Origin: Candidatus Levyibacteriota bacterium
Lineage (GTDB): Bacteria > Patescibacteriota > Microgenomatia > Levybacterales > UBA12049
Length of the DNA: 64,000 nt
Reading direction: 5' to 3'
NCBI GenBank assembly: GCA_016432345.1
Contig: CP066685.1
Span: forward strand, 560,236 to 624,235
The notes under the pieces: model-generated
Seen by the model: only the letters and a program-made list of their open reading frames with translations
The model's database searches: none
Told to the model about the DNA's origin: nothing
Shown: positions 63,327 to 64,000 of the stretch, piece after piece
Numbering within the stretch: the stretch's first letter is position 1
Layout of the letters: each line of letters opens with the position of its first letter
Program-made: the position numbers and the translations under genes

Positions 63327-64000
63327 CTTCTTGTACTTGGGCTAACCAAGAAACTGACATCTTCTCAGGAATTCTAATTGCAATAAACCTTATATCATTT
63401 CCTAATTCAGAATTATCTGGTCCCAGTATCTTTAATTTGTGAAGCTGAACTACAACTTTTGATTGATCTCCTATATTTCTATCACCAGGATAAAACTCTC
63501 CTGATTTATCAGGATTTGCTCCTTGAAATAGTTGTCCACCAATAGATCGTTCTCTAATAAGCCACTCGTTCTCAGTCGATTCACGACTCATTACATAAAT
63601 ACTACAAGTCTCTTCTGGGTTTTTCTCTAAATGTTTTCTCAATTGAAGTAACAATCCCTCGTAACGTTCCTGACTATTTCTATCTTTGACAGCAAATGAT
63701 CTTAATAAATTTTCATAAACATTCTTCAGACTTATATTTTCATTTACTAAATGCTTTTGCGTTGAGGTTCTTTTAATATGCCCTTTATCACTGGCCAAAT
63801 TTATTCCAGTAATAAAAGAGTCAGTCAAAGTTCGATTATTATTCTCCATCTCATCGGCTCCCGGGATAATATAAGGTGCAAACCATTCATCACTGAAATT
63901 ACCTCGAGTATATCCATCTTTCAAAACACTCCCTCTAGTTGGATGCAATTGATCAGGTATCTGAAAGACACGTTTCCATTCAGATAGTGGCTTTCCCGTA
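63301..64000 (-). CDS. C-terminal part of a larger unknown protein (gene continues beyond the right edge)
   Basis: The track starts it at TTG 63948, but the frame stays open upstream to position 64000 (…TGKPLSEWKRVFQIPDQLHPTRGS…). There is a 26-nt overlap with the DUF4420-like gene. DUF4420 genes often follow Z1-domain genes, but I see no diagnostic motif here. Confidence 0.5.
   Translation of the reverse strand, partial: TGKPLSEWKRVFQIPDQLHPTRGSVLKDGYTRGNFSDEWFAPYIIPGADEMENNNRTLTDSFITGINLASDKGHIKRTSTQKHLVNENISLKNVYENLLRSFAVKDRNSQERYEGLLLQLRKHLEKNPEETCSIYVMSRESTENEWLIRERSIGGQLFQGANPDKSGEFYPGDRNIGDQSKVVVQLHKLKILGPDNSELGNDIRFIAIRIPEKMSVSWLAQVQEGESHVKSN

Overview
AT-rich, tightly packed bacterial chromosome segment read with the standard code (TGA, TAA and TAG all end clear genes). 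The housekeeping backbone is: minus-strand atpB-E-F-H-(A) operon; dnaE; a stand-alone GGDEF gene; gatCAB; murT/gatD; PolX; tRNA-Asp; a LysM protein; tRNA-Gly; nadB/nadA/nadC; pyrG; rplS; uvrB/lexA; rsmI; an acyl-CoA synthetase-gpmA-eno-ppsA block; and a type IV pilus-like locus (HPt, receiver, pilB, pilC, four prepilin-like genes) ending at tRNA-Glu. The gene set (MurT/GatD, PolX, a giant pseudopilin, almost no Shine-Dalgarno sequences) resembles Patescibacteria/CPR genomes, but I cannot confirm taxonomy from sequence alone. There are two accessory regions. (1) About 14.1-19.5 kb, right after tRNA-Gly, holds small lineage-specific minus-strand genes (a clan-CD-like peptidase fold, UPF0489-like, secreted and membrane proteins, a ParB/DGQHR-like protein), bracketed by two GC-rich structured patches. 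(2) From tRNA-Lys (43.9 kb) to the window end: a large serine recombinase, four unrecognisable ORFs, a coupling-protein-like ATPase, a replication-relaxation-like protein and DUF2958. A nuclease-dense stretch follows: TM protein-HEPN-like-PD-(D/E)xK-like triad, macro domain, DUF6602-like nuclease, OLD-family ATPase/Toprim, a restriction-enzyme fragment, DUF4420-like protein and a truncated upstream gene. The best candidates for something new are the three-gene TM/HEPN/nuclease operon, the divergent DUF6602-like/OLD pair with the adjacent macro gene, the four-ORF block of unknown function, and a 66-nt repeat whose hairpin shows two compensatory base-pair changes between its two copies. No rRNA genes or CRISPR arrays were seen. 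All domain calls come from motifs I recognise by eye, not from database searches.
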